Origin: a virus
Reading direction: 5' to 3' (one strand)
Virus record (IMG/VR): IMGVR_UViG_3300032401_000008
Span: 3,858 to 67,857 of that record
DNA: 64,000 nucleotides
In this document: positions 19,146-28,808 of the stretch, piece after piece
Position numbering within the stretch: position 1 is the stretch's first letter
How the letters are laid out: every line of letters begins with the position of its first letter
Position numbers and translations under genes: made by a program
The notes under the pieces: model-generated
Seen by the model: only the letters and a program-made list of their open reading frames with translations
Databases searched by the model: none
What the model was told of the DNA's origin: nothing

Positions 19146-19685
19146 TCACAGAACATTCCTCGAAAGTAGATAATCCACTACGGAACTTTTTAGTCTATTT
19201 ACTTCACCTGTTTTTACAGAAACAGTTAGGTCTACTAATGATCCAAAACTATCTACATCATTTTCACTTATATGCTGTGCTTCTTTTCCCCCAATACAAA
19301 AGTCTTCTCTTACTAATCTAATAAGAATTCCTTTATTGTTTTTTACAAACTCAGCTTCATTTTTGTATCTAACATCAGAAATAACAACTCGATGGTGATT
19401 ATATATCTTTCGTTCAATCTGATCAACCCAAATATTGGGGTACACTCCTCTGAGAGCCTCTCCTGTTTTTTGAAGAAGTTCTCTAGGTGTTTTTCCATAG
19501 TGTTTATCTAACGTACTTTTTCCTTCTGGAGTATTTAGTTGGCTCGAGGATAAACAATACAGATTCAAACAAAATTGTTTTAAAGCTGTAGCAAAGGCAA
19601 ATTTTTCAAACCTAAAATTTTCTACTAAATAATCTGCAACAGTATCTTTTCCTACTTGTGCTTTTCCTGCTAGGCCAATAATCAT
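19146..19685 (-). CDS. deoxynucleoside monophosphate kinase
   Basis: IIGLAGKAQVGKDT, FATALK, TPRELLQ, ISDVRYKNE, HISE. Confidence 0.92.
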   Translation of the reverse strand: MIIGLAGKAQVGKDTVADYLVENFRFEKFAFATALKQFCLNLYCLSSSQLNTPEGKSTLDKHYGKTPRELLQKTGEALRGVYPNIWVDQIERKIYNHHRVVISDVRYKNEAEFVKNNKGILIRLVREDFCIGGKEAQHISENDVDSFGSLVDLTVSVKTGEVNRLKSSVVDYLLSRNVL

Positions 19686-20249
19686 TTAAATCCTCTTTTT
19701 TGTTGTTTTATAAGGGGTTAGGTTATTTCCAAAAAGATCCTTAAACCTATTTATAAAAAGAAACTTTGCTTCATCACAAGAAGGATAAGGAGATACAACA
19801 ATTCCCCTAGCATCAGTAAAATCTATAACGGATTCCCAATCATAATAAGAATCAAACAAATTTATCATTTCTGCTTTTCTAAGAAGCAGGTCTGCTTCCA
19901 GCACAGGTTCAGGGATGGGGTATTCTAAATCAAATTTTTTTGCTATTACTTTCAACGCATTTTCTTCTAGTTCTACATACTGCGGTAAAAGCTTCTTTAT
20001 AGGAGCAGCGAGATCTGAAAGATAAGCTTCAGCAGCGTCGTGTAAAAGAGCCCATTTTTGATATTTCTTTTCAACCATGTTAGATAGCAGCACACAGTGC
20101 TGTGCAACACTGTAAAACTCAGAACAGTTACCAAAAAATCTGCACTGCTTTGACAGTGAGTTAGCTATTGCTAGTATGTCCACATCCTCAACAGTCAAGC
20201 TACAAGCATCAAATAAAAACCCAGAAGAAGACATTAGTCTAGCTTGCAT
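19686..20249 (-). CDS. HD-domain phosphohydrolase (YfbR-like 5'-deoxynucleotidase)
   Basis: CRFFG, YSVAQH, LLHDAAEAYLSD, EAD. Confidence 0.88.
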   Translation of the reverse strand: MQARLMSSSGFLFDACSLTVEDVDILAIANSLSKQCRFFGNCSEFYSVAQHCVLLSNMVEKKYQKWALLHDAAEAYLSDLAAPIKKLLPQYVELEENALKVIAKKFDLEYPIPEPVLEADLLLRKAEMINLFDSYYDWESVIDFTDARGIVVSPYPSCDEAKFLFINRFKDLFGNNLTPYKTTKKRI

Positions 20250-20800
20250 TAAATACCTCTTAGGATTAGAGGAAAATTACACCTAACGAAATTATACACA
20301 GGATCTAAGAAAATAGAGCATTAAACTTAATTAAAAAACTCAAGACAGATCTCGGTCTTTGATATTATAATAATTATTTCTATTGTTTTACAAAGATAAA
20401 GTAAATAACGTTTATTTTATACTAACTTATGTCTATCTATGACCTGTGAGATACTGCGTATCTCCCAAGCATGCTGCTTACTTCCTGTAGCTTCCTTTCC
20501 TTCGGAAACTCTTCTTTCGGAAGCAAGCAATGCGAATCGAAGTTTTTAACGGTAGTATACACAGAATTTTTACATTCGTGACATAATTTTTAAAAATTAA
20601 TTTTTTCATCTTTTCTTTTTAGTTTCAACTACGTATAAGAATAATACACAAAAAGTAGATAAAAAGTAAGAAACTAACTAAAAATAAGCGGTAAAGAGGT
20701 CACTAAGTTCTAACTTTGTTCCTAAAAGATCTTTAGTTGGATCTCCGTTTATAATGCACCGCGTCATATCCTGAATTAAATTTTTTCAAATCAGGCAAAG
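20250..20800. promoter_or_regulatory. divergent AT-rich control region with hairpins (possible origin)
   Basis: Longest non-coding stretch; coding strand switches here; TGTGTATA motifs at 20291(-), 20554(-), 20802(+); inverted repeats at 20448-20533. Confidence 0.55.
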
Positions 20801-20826
20801 GTGTGTATAATCTCAAGAGAGATAAC

Positions 20827-21006
20827 ATGAGAAAACCACCCAAAAAAATATACCTGGTGTACGACTTTATGGACGTGGCGTTCTTCTACACAAGAAGACA
20901 CGCGGAGCAGTGCATCAGAATGTGGGAAGCAGAAAACAAAAAATGTAAAGATAACCATAAGATACACGGACCAATAGAGTACATTCTTAATAAAAAAGGA
21001 GAATAA
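20827..21006 (+). CDS. hypothetical protein
   Basis: ATG 20827 (MRKPPKK) after GAGAGA and the TGTGTATAAT motif. Confidence 0.5.
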   Translation: MRKPPKKIYLVYDFMDVAFFYTRRHAEQCIRMWEAENKKCKDNHKIHGPIEYILNKKGE

Positions 21007-21007
21007 A

Positions 21008-21538
21008 ATGCCACGAGGGCGTCCCAAGGGTTCTAAAAGCGGAATGCAAACAAAGGCAGTGCCAACTCAGTATGATCCAGCAGGAGAACTAGTAGAGAAG
21101 ATTGCCCTAGACTTGATTAGGCAATACCATACACATCTTGTAAACGCTAAGATTGCTTATCTGTATATCAACAAGGATATTACTGTTCGTGGTAAAAAGG
21201 CTGTAGCTACAGCCGAGAAGTGTGGTCCAAAAACAAAAGCACTAAGCGGTTATGACTTTATTGTCACAATTGTTTATGAAAAATGGAACCAACTAGAAGA
21301 TAAGCAAAAGTACGCTATTTTAGATCATGAACTATGCCATTGTTGGGTTGAGGATAACGATCAAACAGGTGAGACACGCTTTAGAATTCTTCCTCATGAC
21401 TTTGAGGACTTTGGTGACGTTCTTAAAAGGCACGGGCTGTATTCAGAGCCTGCAAAGGCTATTGGAAAGGTAGTTTCAACAGCAACAGAAACTACAAGCG
21501 TTGTAACAGATACTGAGCCAAAAACAACAACAAAGTAG
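21008..21538 (+). CDS. phage putative metallopeptidase (HExxH) with N-terminal AT-hook
   Basis: MPRGRPKGSK; ILDHELCHC; PHDFEDFGDVLKRHG. Confidence 0.75.
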   Translation: MPRGRPKGSKSGMQTKAVPTQYDPAGELVEKIALDLIRQYHTHLVNAKIAYLYINKDITVRGKKAVATAEKCGPKTKALSGYDFIVTIVYEKWNQLEDKQKYAILDHELCHCWVEDNDQTGETRFRILPHDFEDFGDVLKRHGLYSEPAKAIGKVVSTATETTSVVTDTEPKTTTK

Positions 21539-21546
21539 GGGTCTGG

Positions 21547-21762
21547 ATGCTACAATCACTACTTGGAACTCTAGTACAGGTATGTATAACTGAAAACATA
21601 ATACTTGAAGGAACATTAACAGACATCAAAGATGACTTACTAATTATAGTTAATAAAAACGAAATAAAATTAGTTAAAAATTTCTTATATATTTCTCCTG
21701 TATACCCGTCAAGTGCCTACACCTCTGCTCTTTGCTTTTCTACAAATCTTCCCAACAGTTAA
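21547..21762 (+). CDS. small Sm-like protein
   Basis: LLGTLVQV....ILEGTLTDIKDDLLII pattern. Confidence 0.45.
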   Translation: MLQSLLGTLVQVCITENIILEGTLTDIKDDLLIIVNKNEIKLVKNFLYISPVYPSSAYTSALCFSTNLPNS

Positions 21763-21795
21763 ATTTACAAATACAAAATAGTATAAAATAGGTGT

Positions 21796-22704
21796 ATGCC
21801 ACTATGGTCAAAACCATATCTTATTCGTAGAAGTACGAATATTCTAACTTTTGGTGTTAGACAAAACTGGGATGCCCTCAATATAATGGGGGAAGCCTGT
21901 TATCTTCTTAAAAGAAAAGCTAGAGCAAACTCTACCTTTCACTTTGAAGATAGACGAGTAAGTACAATAACAAAAGTAGCTTCTGCTTATGACACTGATC
22001 CAGATACAGGATATTGGCGTTATAAAATTTGGGGAGAAAATACTGATCCAATAACGGAGTACCCAGATATAGGCGTCCTTACAGCAACTGTGCAGGGAAG
22101 CGGTGGAATTTCCTCTGTTTGGGAAGCAAGCGTTGATAAGTACTCATTTATTCCTGATAGAGATGAATATGCCTTTGACATTTACAGAAATCAACTAGAT
22201 TCTGCTGGAAATAAAGTTGAAAATGCTGTTTACATGATTTTTAATACTCCTCCGTTTTATCCAACATACATAACCACTTTAGTTTATGGAATAATTAGCC
22301 CAGCAACAAACTTTGATATGCTACAGCCAGACGTAGACAACGATCCTGGATATTATGGATCCCTGTTCTCTTATGAACAATGGCTAAACCCTACTGCTGT
22401 TATACGTTCAAGGGTTGCACCAAATAAGTTTCTGTTGGCTTTCCCAGGAACGCTGTCAGACCTAACTGTGCAAGAAGGTGGTTTTGTAAAAGAAGAAAAA
22501 GCCACTTATTGGACGACCCCACCAAATTACTCGCCTACAGTCAGAGAGTGGGATGTTGTGGTAAGAGCAGCTACAGGTGAGCGTTTTCAGGTAGTTGATT
22601 ACACTCCGATTTACATTGAAGATATTGTTGTCTCTCAACATTTTGACTTAGTAGAAGTTGACCCAAGATCATCTATTTATAACTTTAGTGTGCAAGTAGA
22701 TTAA
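21796..22704 (+). CDS. putative neck/head-closure protein
   Basis: C-terminal WTTPP.YSPTVREWDVVVRAATGERFQV..SQHFDL; upstream of tail terminator and sheath. Confidence 0.55.
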   Translation: MPLWSKPYLIRRSTNILTFGVRQNWDALNIMGEACYLLKRKARANSTFHFEDRRVSTITKVASAYDTDPDTGYWRYKIWGENTDPITEYPDIGVLTATVQGSGGISSVWEASVDKYSFIPDRDEYAFDIYRNQLDSAGNKVENAVYMIFNTPPFYPTYITTLVYGIISPATNFDMLQPDVDNDPGYYGSLFSYEQWLNPTAVIRSRVAPNKFLLAFPGTLSDLTVQEGGFVKEEKATYWTTPPNYSPTVREWDVVVRAATGERFQVVDYTPIYIEDIVVSQHFDLVEVDPRSSIYNFSVQVD

Positions 22705-22707
22705 ACT

Positions 22708-23325
22708 ATGGCTATACAAACCTTTTATAGAGGTATTCGTTTTTCTAAAGAGTATATTATAAAATATATTAAATCTATCTTTATAGCCGCTGAAAGAGGT
22801 CAACTAGTTCTAACTGATGGTACTGTACAAATAGAATTTTCAAATACACCTTTTGTAAATAGCCTTTTTTCTTGGGATGAACAACACCTCCCAGCCGTTC
22901 TAATTGGGGACGGTAACGTAATCTCTAAACCAATTTCTATAGCTAAAGATTTTGCTCTTTCTGTTGAGAGTGAAATAGAGGCAGATGATCAATGGGATCA
23001 CTATAGTGGTAATTTCTATATAGACTTTACTATATCTGTTAGAGCAAGAAGTATGCCAGAAAGAGATAATTTAGTAGACATTGTTACTTTATATTTATCT
23101 CACCCTATGGCAAAAGATTTTCTTGAACAACATGGAATACAGATAAACAAACATCCTACGGTTGGTGGGCATAGTCAGCTGCGCTTACCTGGTATAGATT
23201 TTCCATTGTATACTTCTTCAATCACTTTTGGAATTATTTCTACTTGGGATTATAGGGAAGAAATTAGTGGGGCGCGATTAAGAGATATCTGTGTAGACAT
23301 CATTGCTCAAATTTCTTTAGATTAG
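22708..23325 (+). CDS. putative tail terminator/completion protein
   Basis: LPAVLI..FTISVRARSMPERDNLVDIV; directly before the sheath gene. Confidence 0.6.
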   Translation: MAIQTFYRGIRFSKEYIIKYIKSIFIAAERGQLVLTDGTVQIEFSNTPFVNSLFSWDEQHLPAVLIGDGNVISKPISIAKDFALSVESEIEADDQWDHYSGNFYIDFTISVRARSMPERDNLVDIVTLYLSHPMAKDFLEQHGIQINKHPTVGGHSQLRLPGIDFPLYTSSITFGIISTWDYREEISGARLRDICVDIIAQISLD

Positions 23326-23394
23326 CACCAATAGTTAAAGAAGCAAAAGAAAAATAAAGTATTATTGTCTGTAACTAGGCAGGAGAATTTTACA

Positions 23395-24753
23395 ATGGCT
23401 GAAAGAATTCCTGGATTAATTATACGAATCGTCAATGATACCGGCATTATAGCTCCCCCATTATACGAGCGATATCCGACAATCGTAGGAACAGGAGATC
23501 CTTATTGTAGTATTCAAAACTACAAAATGACAAAGGGTGCTGGAACTACGGACACAATACCAACAGTAACTACCGTAAATGAGATAGTTTCTATTGGGGA
23601 CCTTCCTGGTGTTGCTAAGTATGTAGACGGCGTTGATTACCAATTAGCTACTGGGGATGTTTCCTGGCTTCCGGCGGGATCCGCCCCAACTAATGGTAAT
23701 AACTATTATATTACTTATACAGAAACCAGAGCGGCTTCTGCTTATGAGCCTATCCTGTACTTTGATGAAAACTTAATTTATAGTGATCACGGAAATAAAC
23801 TTCGTACAAATGGTGCTGTAAACGATGTTTCCGTTAGTGGTTCTTTAGTTCTAAACGCTGGCGGGCGTGGGGTTATTATTTGTCAATTAGACCCAAGTAC
23901 TTGGGTAGACCCAGACGTTCCAACTAATTCAGAGTTAGAAACTGCTTACATTGCTGCTAGAGAGAAGCTAAATAAAATAACAGGATATAAACTATTTTTA
24001 ATCCCTATGGATGTAGGAACACTAAATACAACTACGGCGGCAGACATTCTTTTCAACCACGCTGTTATAGTATCACAACCAGAACGAGCACAGGAACGGA
24101 CTGTTATTGCTCCTCTAGCAGATGGAACAACTTACCAACAGTTTGCTGCCTATGCTCAAGGGTACGCGAATGAACGCATGGTTGTTCCTGCAACCCCCGG
24201 TGGAGAATGCACAGTGGCTGGGGTTTCCGGAACGTTCAACACTAAGTTCCATTGTGCAGCATTAGCTGGAAAACTTTGTTCTGTTGGTATTGGTAACACA
24301 ATTTCTAATGAGGTTATTCCAAACGTGTATATGACCGATACCTTTACACCAGATGAGTTAGATTATTTAGTAAAGCGCGGTGTATCTCCAGCAAACATAA
24401 GCGGAACCTCTACCAGAAACATTTTAGCTATTACAACTGATACCACTAGTGCTCTAACTGAAGATCTTGGTGTGCAAGATGTAAAGGATTATGTAAAGAA
24501 ATACTGGAGAGATGGCCTATATCCTGTATTCCAAAACAAGAAAATTACAACTAAACTAATCCGCTCTATAGTATTTTCTTCCGAAAATATTCTTGAATAT
24601 CTTATCTCGCAAGAGATTATAGAAGATTTTAAAGCTGTTTCAGCTGCGCAGGATCCTGTGGAACCAAGAAAAGTAAATATCAGCGGAAAAGTAAAGCCAG
24701 CGTTTTGTCTACAATGGATCGATGTAGTGTTTACGTTTGTTCTTAATTTCTAG
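23395..24753 (+). CDS. contractile tail sheath protein
   Basis: AGGAG SD then MAERIPGLII (phage sheath N-terminus); CAALAG, ELDYLVKRGV, C-terminal VKPAFCLQWIDVVF. Confidence 0.85.
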   Translation: MAERIPGLIIRIVNDTGIIAPPLYERYPTIVGTGDPYCSIQNYKMTKGAGTTDTIPTVTTVNEIVSIGDLPGVAKYVDGVDYQLATGDVSWLPAGSAPTNGNNYYITYTETRAASAYEPILYFDENLIYSDHGNKLRTNGAVNDVSVSGSLVLNAGGRGVIICQLDPSTWVDPDVPTNSELETAYIAAREKLNKITGYKLFLIPMDVGTLNTTTAADILFNHAVIVSQPERAQERTVIAPLADGTTYQQFAAYAQGYANERMVVPATPGGECTVAGVSGTFNTKFHCAALAGKLCSVGIGNTISNEVIPNVYMTDTFTPDELDYLVKRGVSPANISGTSTRNILAITTDTTSALTEDLGVQDVKDYVKKYWRDGLYPVFQNKKITTKLIRSIVFSSENILEYLISQEIIEDFKAVSAAQDPVEPRKVNISGKVKPAFCLQWIDVVFTFVLNF

Positions 24754-24763
24754 GAGTTAGCAC

Positions 24764-25225
24764 ATGGCCTACCCACAAACTGCAGTTCCTGAAACCCAAG
24801 CATCGGTTTTTTATGCATACACTATAACTATCAACAATGAAGAAATAGGTACACTAGAAAAGTTTTCTTCAAAATCAACCCGTAACGTCGAAAGAATACG
24901 TGAAGTTCTTTTTTCTCGTGGTCCGGAAACTAAAGAGATAGTTTGGGGCGGTACAGATACTTCAGTTGATATTGAAAAGGTTGAATTGTATCAAAAGTCT
25001 CTCCTTGAACTTGTTGGAAGAGAAATACATACATTAGAAGACTTTACCTTTCCAGTGAACATTGTAGAAATAATGCAGCTTCCTGCTGGACTAGGCGGAG
25101 GAACCAGGGTTCTAACCTTCGTAGATGCAGTGTGTTCAAACTGGGGCAAATCACAATCTACTGGCCAAGCTCGCGTAGTAGAGAGCATGACTTTTGAAGT
25201 ACGTACTGTTCGTGGTTTTAGATAG
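24764..25225 (+). CDS. tail tube protein
   Basis: 153 aa beta-rich ORF after sheath; VVESMTFEV C-terminus. Confidence 0.8.
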   Translation: MAYPQTAVPETQASVFYAYTITINNEEIGTLEKFSSKSTRNVERIREVLFSRGPETKEIVWGGTDTSVDIEKVELYQKSLLELVGREIHTLEDFTFPVNIVEIMQLPAGLGGGTRVLTFVDAVCSNWGKSQSTGQARVVESMTFEVRTVRGFR

Positions 25226-25261
25226 TAGTAACTAACTTTCGAAACGAAAAAGAAGGCGAGT

Positions 25262-25747
25262 ATGACCGACATTCCAGAACCGGCTGTAAAAGAAACTCCA
25301 CACTATTTATCGGACGTAACTACCTTAGAAGATTTGTTTACTCTTGGGTATGTAGAGTCAAAACCTATTCTTGTATTTGATAATCAAGAAAAAAATATAA
25401 GGATAGAAGTTATCTTTAGAACACTTCTTCCATATGAAATTAGGGACATTTTTGAATTTGCTAGCAATTTTAACTCGTTATTTGCACAACAAATAGCAGA
25501 AAAGTTAGAAACCTTAGCTAGAGCAGTAAAAACAATAAACAATAGACCTCTTTTTCTTGGTAGTGATGACAGGAAAGTATTTAAAGATAAACACGGAAGA
25601 GAACCAACTGCTCTGGATGAGGCTAAAGTTATTCTATCTGAAAAGATAAAATCACCTTTAGTAATCGATGCTTTATGGAAAGAGTACGAAAAGTTTAAGA
25701 CTGACGTTGCTAAAATTTTTGAAGAAGATCTTAAAAAAAAATTTTAG
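25262..25747 (+). CDS. tail assembly chaperone (gpG-like)
   Basis: Between tube and tape measure; ends in an A9 slippery run. Confidence 0.75.
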   Translation: MTDIPEPAVKETPHYLSDVTTLEDLFTLGYVESKPILVFDNQEKNIRIEVIFRTLLPYEIRDIFEFASNFNSLFAQQIAEKLETLARAVKTINNRPLFLGSDDRKVFKDKHGREPTALDEAKVILSEKIKSPLVIDALWKEYEKFKTDVAKIFEEDLKKKF

Positions 25748-26208
25748 AGTCTAGTCTTCTTCAATTAGACTTACAGATAATTACACACTTCAAAGTTCTC
25801 CCAACAGACCCAAAATTTCGCGAATTAAACATATTACAGAAATTGGTACTATTATATAGTATTAGTAAAGACAAGGATGATCATATGTCTTTGGCTAATA
25901 ACCTATTGGATCATCTTAAGTTTTATATAAACCCACATATGTACAAAGCTGAAAAAGAAATAGATAATAAAGAATACAGACAAGTAAACGCAGTATTTGC
26001 TGAACAGTCTAGAATAGGAAGAGCAACAGGAAAGCTTTCGTCTCCAAAAATAGTAAAAGACGCTTTAGAAAAAATAAGAGCAGAAAAAAGCAAAGAGCTG
26101 CAGAAGGAAAAAAGGAAAAGAATAGTAATAACAACGACTGATAGTGGAGATCTTAAAGAAGAAGTAATAGAAGACTTCTACGCAGAAGACGAGGAAGTTC
26201 TTGGCTGA
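25741..26208 (+). CDS. tail assembly chaperone gpT part, reached by -1 frameshift
   Basis: -1 frame is open from 25741 (ILESSLLQLDLQIITHFKVLPTDPKFREL...) into track ORF 25843..26208. Confidence 0.7.
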   Translation: MLESSLLQLDLQIITHFKVLPTDPKFRELNILQKLVLLYSISKDKDDHMSLANNLLDHLKFYINPHMYKAEKEIDNKEYRQVNAVFAEQSRIGRATGKLSSPKIVKDALEKIRAEKSKELQKEKRKRIVITTTDSGDLKEEVIEDFYAEDEEVLG

Positions 26209-28129
26209 TTTTACCGTAGACAGCGCTGCTTTTGATAACTGGGCAAGTACTCTTCAAAATTCAGTAGAGTACACGTCTCAAGCAAAGACAAACTTAGCAG
26301 AAATGCAAAGTGCTGCTAGCGCCCTATCAAAAGAATTTGCATCTTTGAGTGTTGGTGGCGATCTTATGAATCAGCTAAAAGAATTACAAAACGCCTTTTC
26401 TACTATATCTGGAGATATATCTAACTTTTCTAGTGCTTTGTCTAATATGTCTCTAGGTTCTACTCTTGCTAAAGAACTACAGCAGATAAAAACCACACTT
26501 GAAACAATTCAAAAACATAATACTAAAGGTGCTGAGGATAAAAAAAAGCAGGAAGAATCACAAAAGAAACTAGAAAAGATTCTAAAAGAACAATTAAAAC
26601 AAACAGCTTCTTGGATACTAGGTCTAGCAGGCGTTCAATTTAGCCTTGTAGGTATTTTAAAATTATTTTTAGAAATTGCTAATGAAAACAAAAAGATAAC
26701 CGCCTATTCTAAACAGATATCTGCTCAAATGGGTGGCCCATTCGTGGCAAACGCTAAAGCGTCTAAAAGCACAATATTTGAAATGCGCGATGCTTTTGCT
26801 ATGAATTTTGATGAGATAGGAAAAAATCTAAATGCTTTAGCACAAACTGGTATGGAGATGGACACACTAAGAAAATCAGCAGTAGAATTACATGCAAATC
26901 AGGTAGCAGGAGGAACAAGCGCACAACAACAAGCAGAAAGCATAAACAGAATGATGACTGAATTCAATATGGCAGGAGACAGAGCTAGGGATTATAATAC
27001 TGTATTACAAAAAACAGGTAAAACTATAGACGGGTTATCTATAAGTCAAGTAGCTGATGACTGGAGTCAAATGGGGGATTCTGTTCGCGGATTCAATACC
27101 GACCTCTTAGGAACAGTATCTTTATATAATGTCTTAGTAAGAAAAGGTGGTGCATTAGGGCTTGGGGAAGTGCCACAAGAATTTAAAAGAGATCTAGCAA
27201 AAACCGCAGCGCGTTTTGGCCAAAACATGGAAGATGGTTGGAAAGTATTTCTTGGAGAAGGTGAAACAGCTATAGATAAGCTGTTTGATTTTGAAAAACA
27301 AGAACCAGGAGAAAAATTAGCTAGAGCAATAGAAGGAGCACAAAAATTAGCTGGACAGTCTGGTGTAAGCATGAATGAAGCTATGTTTAAAATGAGGAAA
27401 ATTTTTGCTGCTATGGGGATGGACGAAAGCACTGTAGCAAGAAGCCTAGCTAGTGCAACCGTAAGTGGGGAGATTAACGCTGATAAATTGAGAGCAGAGT
27501 TAAAAAAAGCACAAGACGAAGCTAAAAAAGAACTAGAGGATACAAAAAAATCCAGAGCCGCAATGATAAATCTTGGTTCAACCATAGCAAGGGGAATAAA
27601 AAGCTACGAAGAACTACTTAATCAATGGGTAAAAAATTCTTTACGCCCATTGGTTACAGAAATAGTACAGGCTATAAATAAATTAGTAGAGGCTTTAACT
27701 GCAAAGGAGATGAAAGAACTAGGTAAAGCTCCAGGACAAATAAAGGAGGGTATGGCTCATCGGACTAATGTAAAACAAAGGGAAGCGGCTTGGGAAGCAA
27801 CTTCACAATATAGACACTCTGGTGAGCACCGTTTTGAAGCACCTACTGCAAATTTCTTGAAGGCTATGGAGGAGTCCCCCAAATTTGCTGAACTCGAAAA
27901 AGCTTTACCAAAGGCATTAGATCCATCGAGTAAACAAAATGTAGTTATGGGTCTTTTCGTTGAGGCAGTTCGCGCAGTAGGAGATCAAAACATACATACT
28001 ATAGAAGACCTTGATTTTGTAAAAACAGAGCTTGAGAGGCTACTAAAAGATGATAGAGCGAGAAGAGCAATTCAGAAGGCTGTTGCACATATTTCTACAG
28101 AATATAATAATAACACTGCTGCCTTATGA
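26201..28129 (+). CDS. tail tape measure protein
   Basis: 642 aa Ala/Ser/Gln-rich helical protein after the chaperones; TTG start. Confidence 0.8.
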   Translation: MADFTVDSAAFDNWASTLQNSVEYTSQAKTNLAEMQSAASALSKEFASLSVGGDLMNQLKELQNAFSTISGDISNFSSALSNMSLGSTLAKELQQIKTTLETIQKHNTKGAEDKKKQEESQKKLEKILKEQLKQTASWILGLAGVQFSLVGILKLFLEIANENKKITAYSKQISAQMGGPFVANAKASKSTIFEMRDAFAMNFDEIGKNLNALAQTGMEMDTLRKSAVELHANQVAGGTSAQQQAESINRMMTEFNMAGDRARDYNTVLQKTGKTIDGLSISQVADDWSQMGDSVRGFNTDLLGTVSLYNVLVRKGGALGLGEVPQEFKRDLAKTAARFGQNMEDGWKVFLGEGETAIDKLFDFEKQEPGEKLARAIEGAQKLAGQSGVSMNEAMFKMRKIFAAMGMDESTVARSLASATVSGEINADKLRAELKKAQDEAKKELEDTKKSRAAMINLGSTIARGIKSYEELLNQWVKNSLRPLVTEIVQAINKLVEALTAKEMKELGKAPGQIKEGMAHRTNVKQREAAWEATSQYRHSGEHRFEAPTANFLKAMEESPKFAELEKALPKALDPSSKQNVVMGLFVEAVRAVGDQNIHTIEDLDFVKTELERLLKDDRARRAIQKAVAHISTEYNNNTAAL

Positions 28130-28136
28130 GGCATAA

Positions 28137-28808
28137 ATGTCAACAATAGGTGATTTAGCAAGAGGTGCTCTTGAGTTACTTACTCCAGAAAGTAACTTAG
28201 ATAGGCTTACATTTAAAAAATATAAGGGAGAAACTATAGCTGCTGCTCTAGAAGAAGGCAATTTTGATGTGGAGCCAGAAGTAAGTATAGCCTTAAAAGT
28301 AAACCCACAATCTATAGACAGAAAAAAAGCAAAAATTACACAAAAAGTTCAAACAAACGCACCAGGAAGGTTTATAGTTTTTGACTGGGGTACAGATTTA
28401 GAAACAATAAGCATAAGCGGATGTACTGGAAATCTTCTTCCCACGGTAGTTCAATCTGGAACTAATCCACTAGATTTCCTTGGTGTAGATAATAAAGATT
28501 TTAATAACCTTCTTTATGGAAAAATGACATATTTTGAACTACTAAATATGTCACCTAAATATAAGACTTTCAAAAAACTTGAAAACCTATTCAAAAACTT
28601 TGACGCGGATAGAGATGTGCTTATATTAGAACTAGGGGAAGAAATTATGCGAATTTTCTTTACTGATTTTTCTTTTTCTATTGCGGCGGATTCTCCTTGG
28701 AATTGGAAATATAACATAACAGTAATAAACTTAGCAGATTTAAGAGATCAAGAAAAAAGAGAAGATACTGATTTTCCCAAAAACGGACTTATAGATCTAG
28801 GGGCATAA
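28137..28808 (+). CDS. tube-initiator/baseplate protein
   Basis: LKVNPQSI..DWGTDLETISISGCTG..FSFSIAADSPWNWKYNI. Confidence 0.65.
   Translation: MSTIGDLARGALELLTPESNLDRLTFKKYKGETIAAALEEGNFDVEPEVSIALKVNPQSIDRKKAKITQKVQTNAPGRFIVFDWGTDLETISISGCTGNLLPTVVQSGTNPLDFLGVDNKDFNNLLYGKMTYFELLNMSPKYKTFKKLENLFKNFDADRDVLILELGEEIMRIFFTDFSFSIAADSPWNWKYNITVINLADLRDQEKREDTDFPKNGLIDLGA

Noticed and set aside
19686-20249. DatZ / 2-aminoadenine (Z-genome) pathway
   Set aside because: This is a generic YfbR-like HD protein, and no PurZ or MazZ is in the window.
27067-27585. Antisense ORFs such as 27067..27585, 5258..5671, 44990..45349 and 52135..52509
   Set aside because: These are shadow frames of well-supported genes on the other strand, with no SD or motifs.
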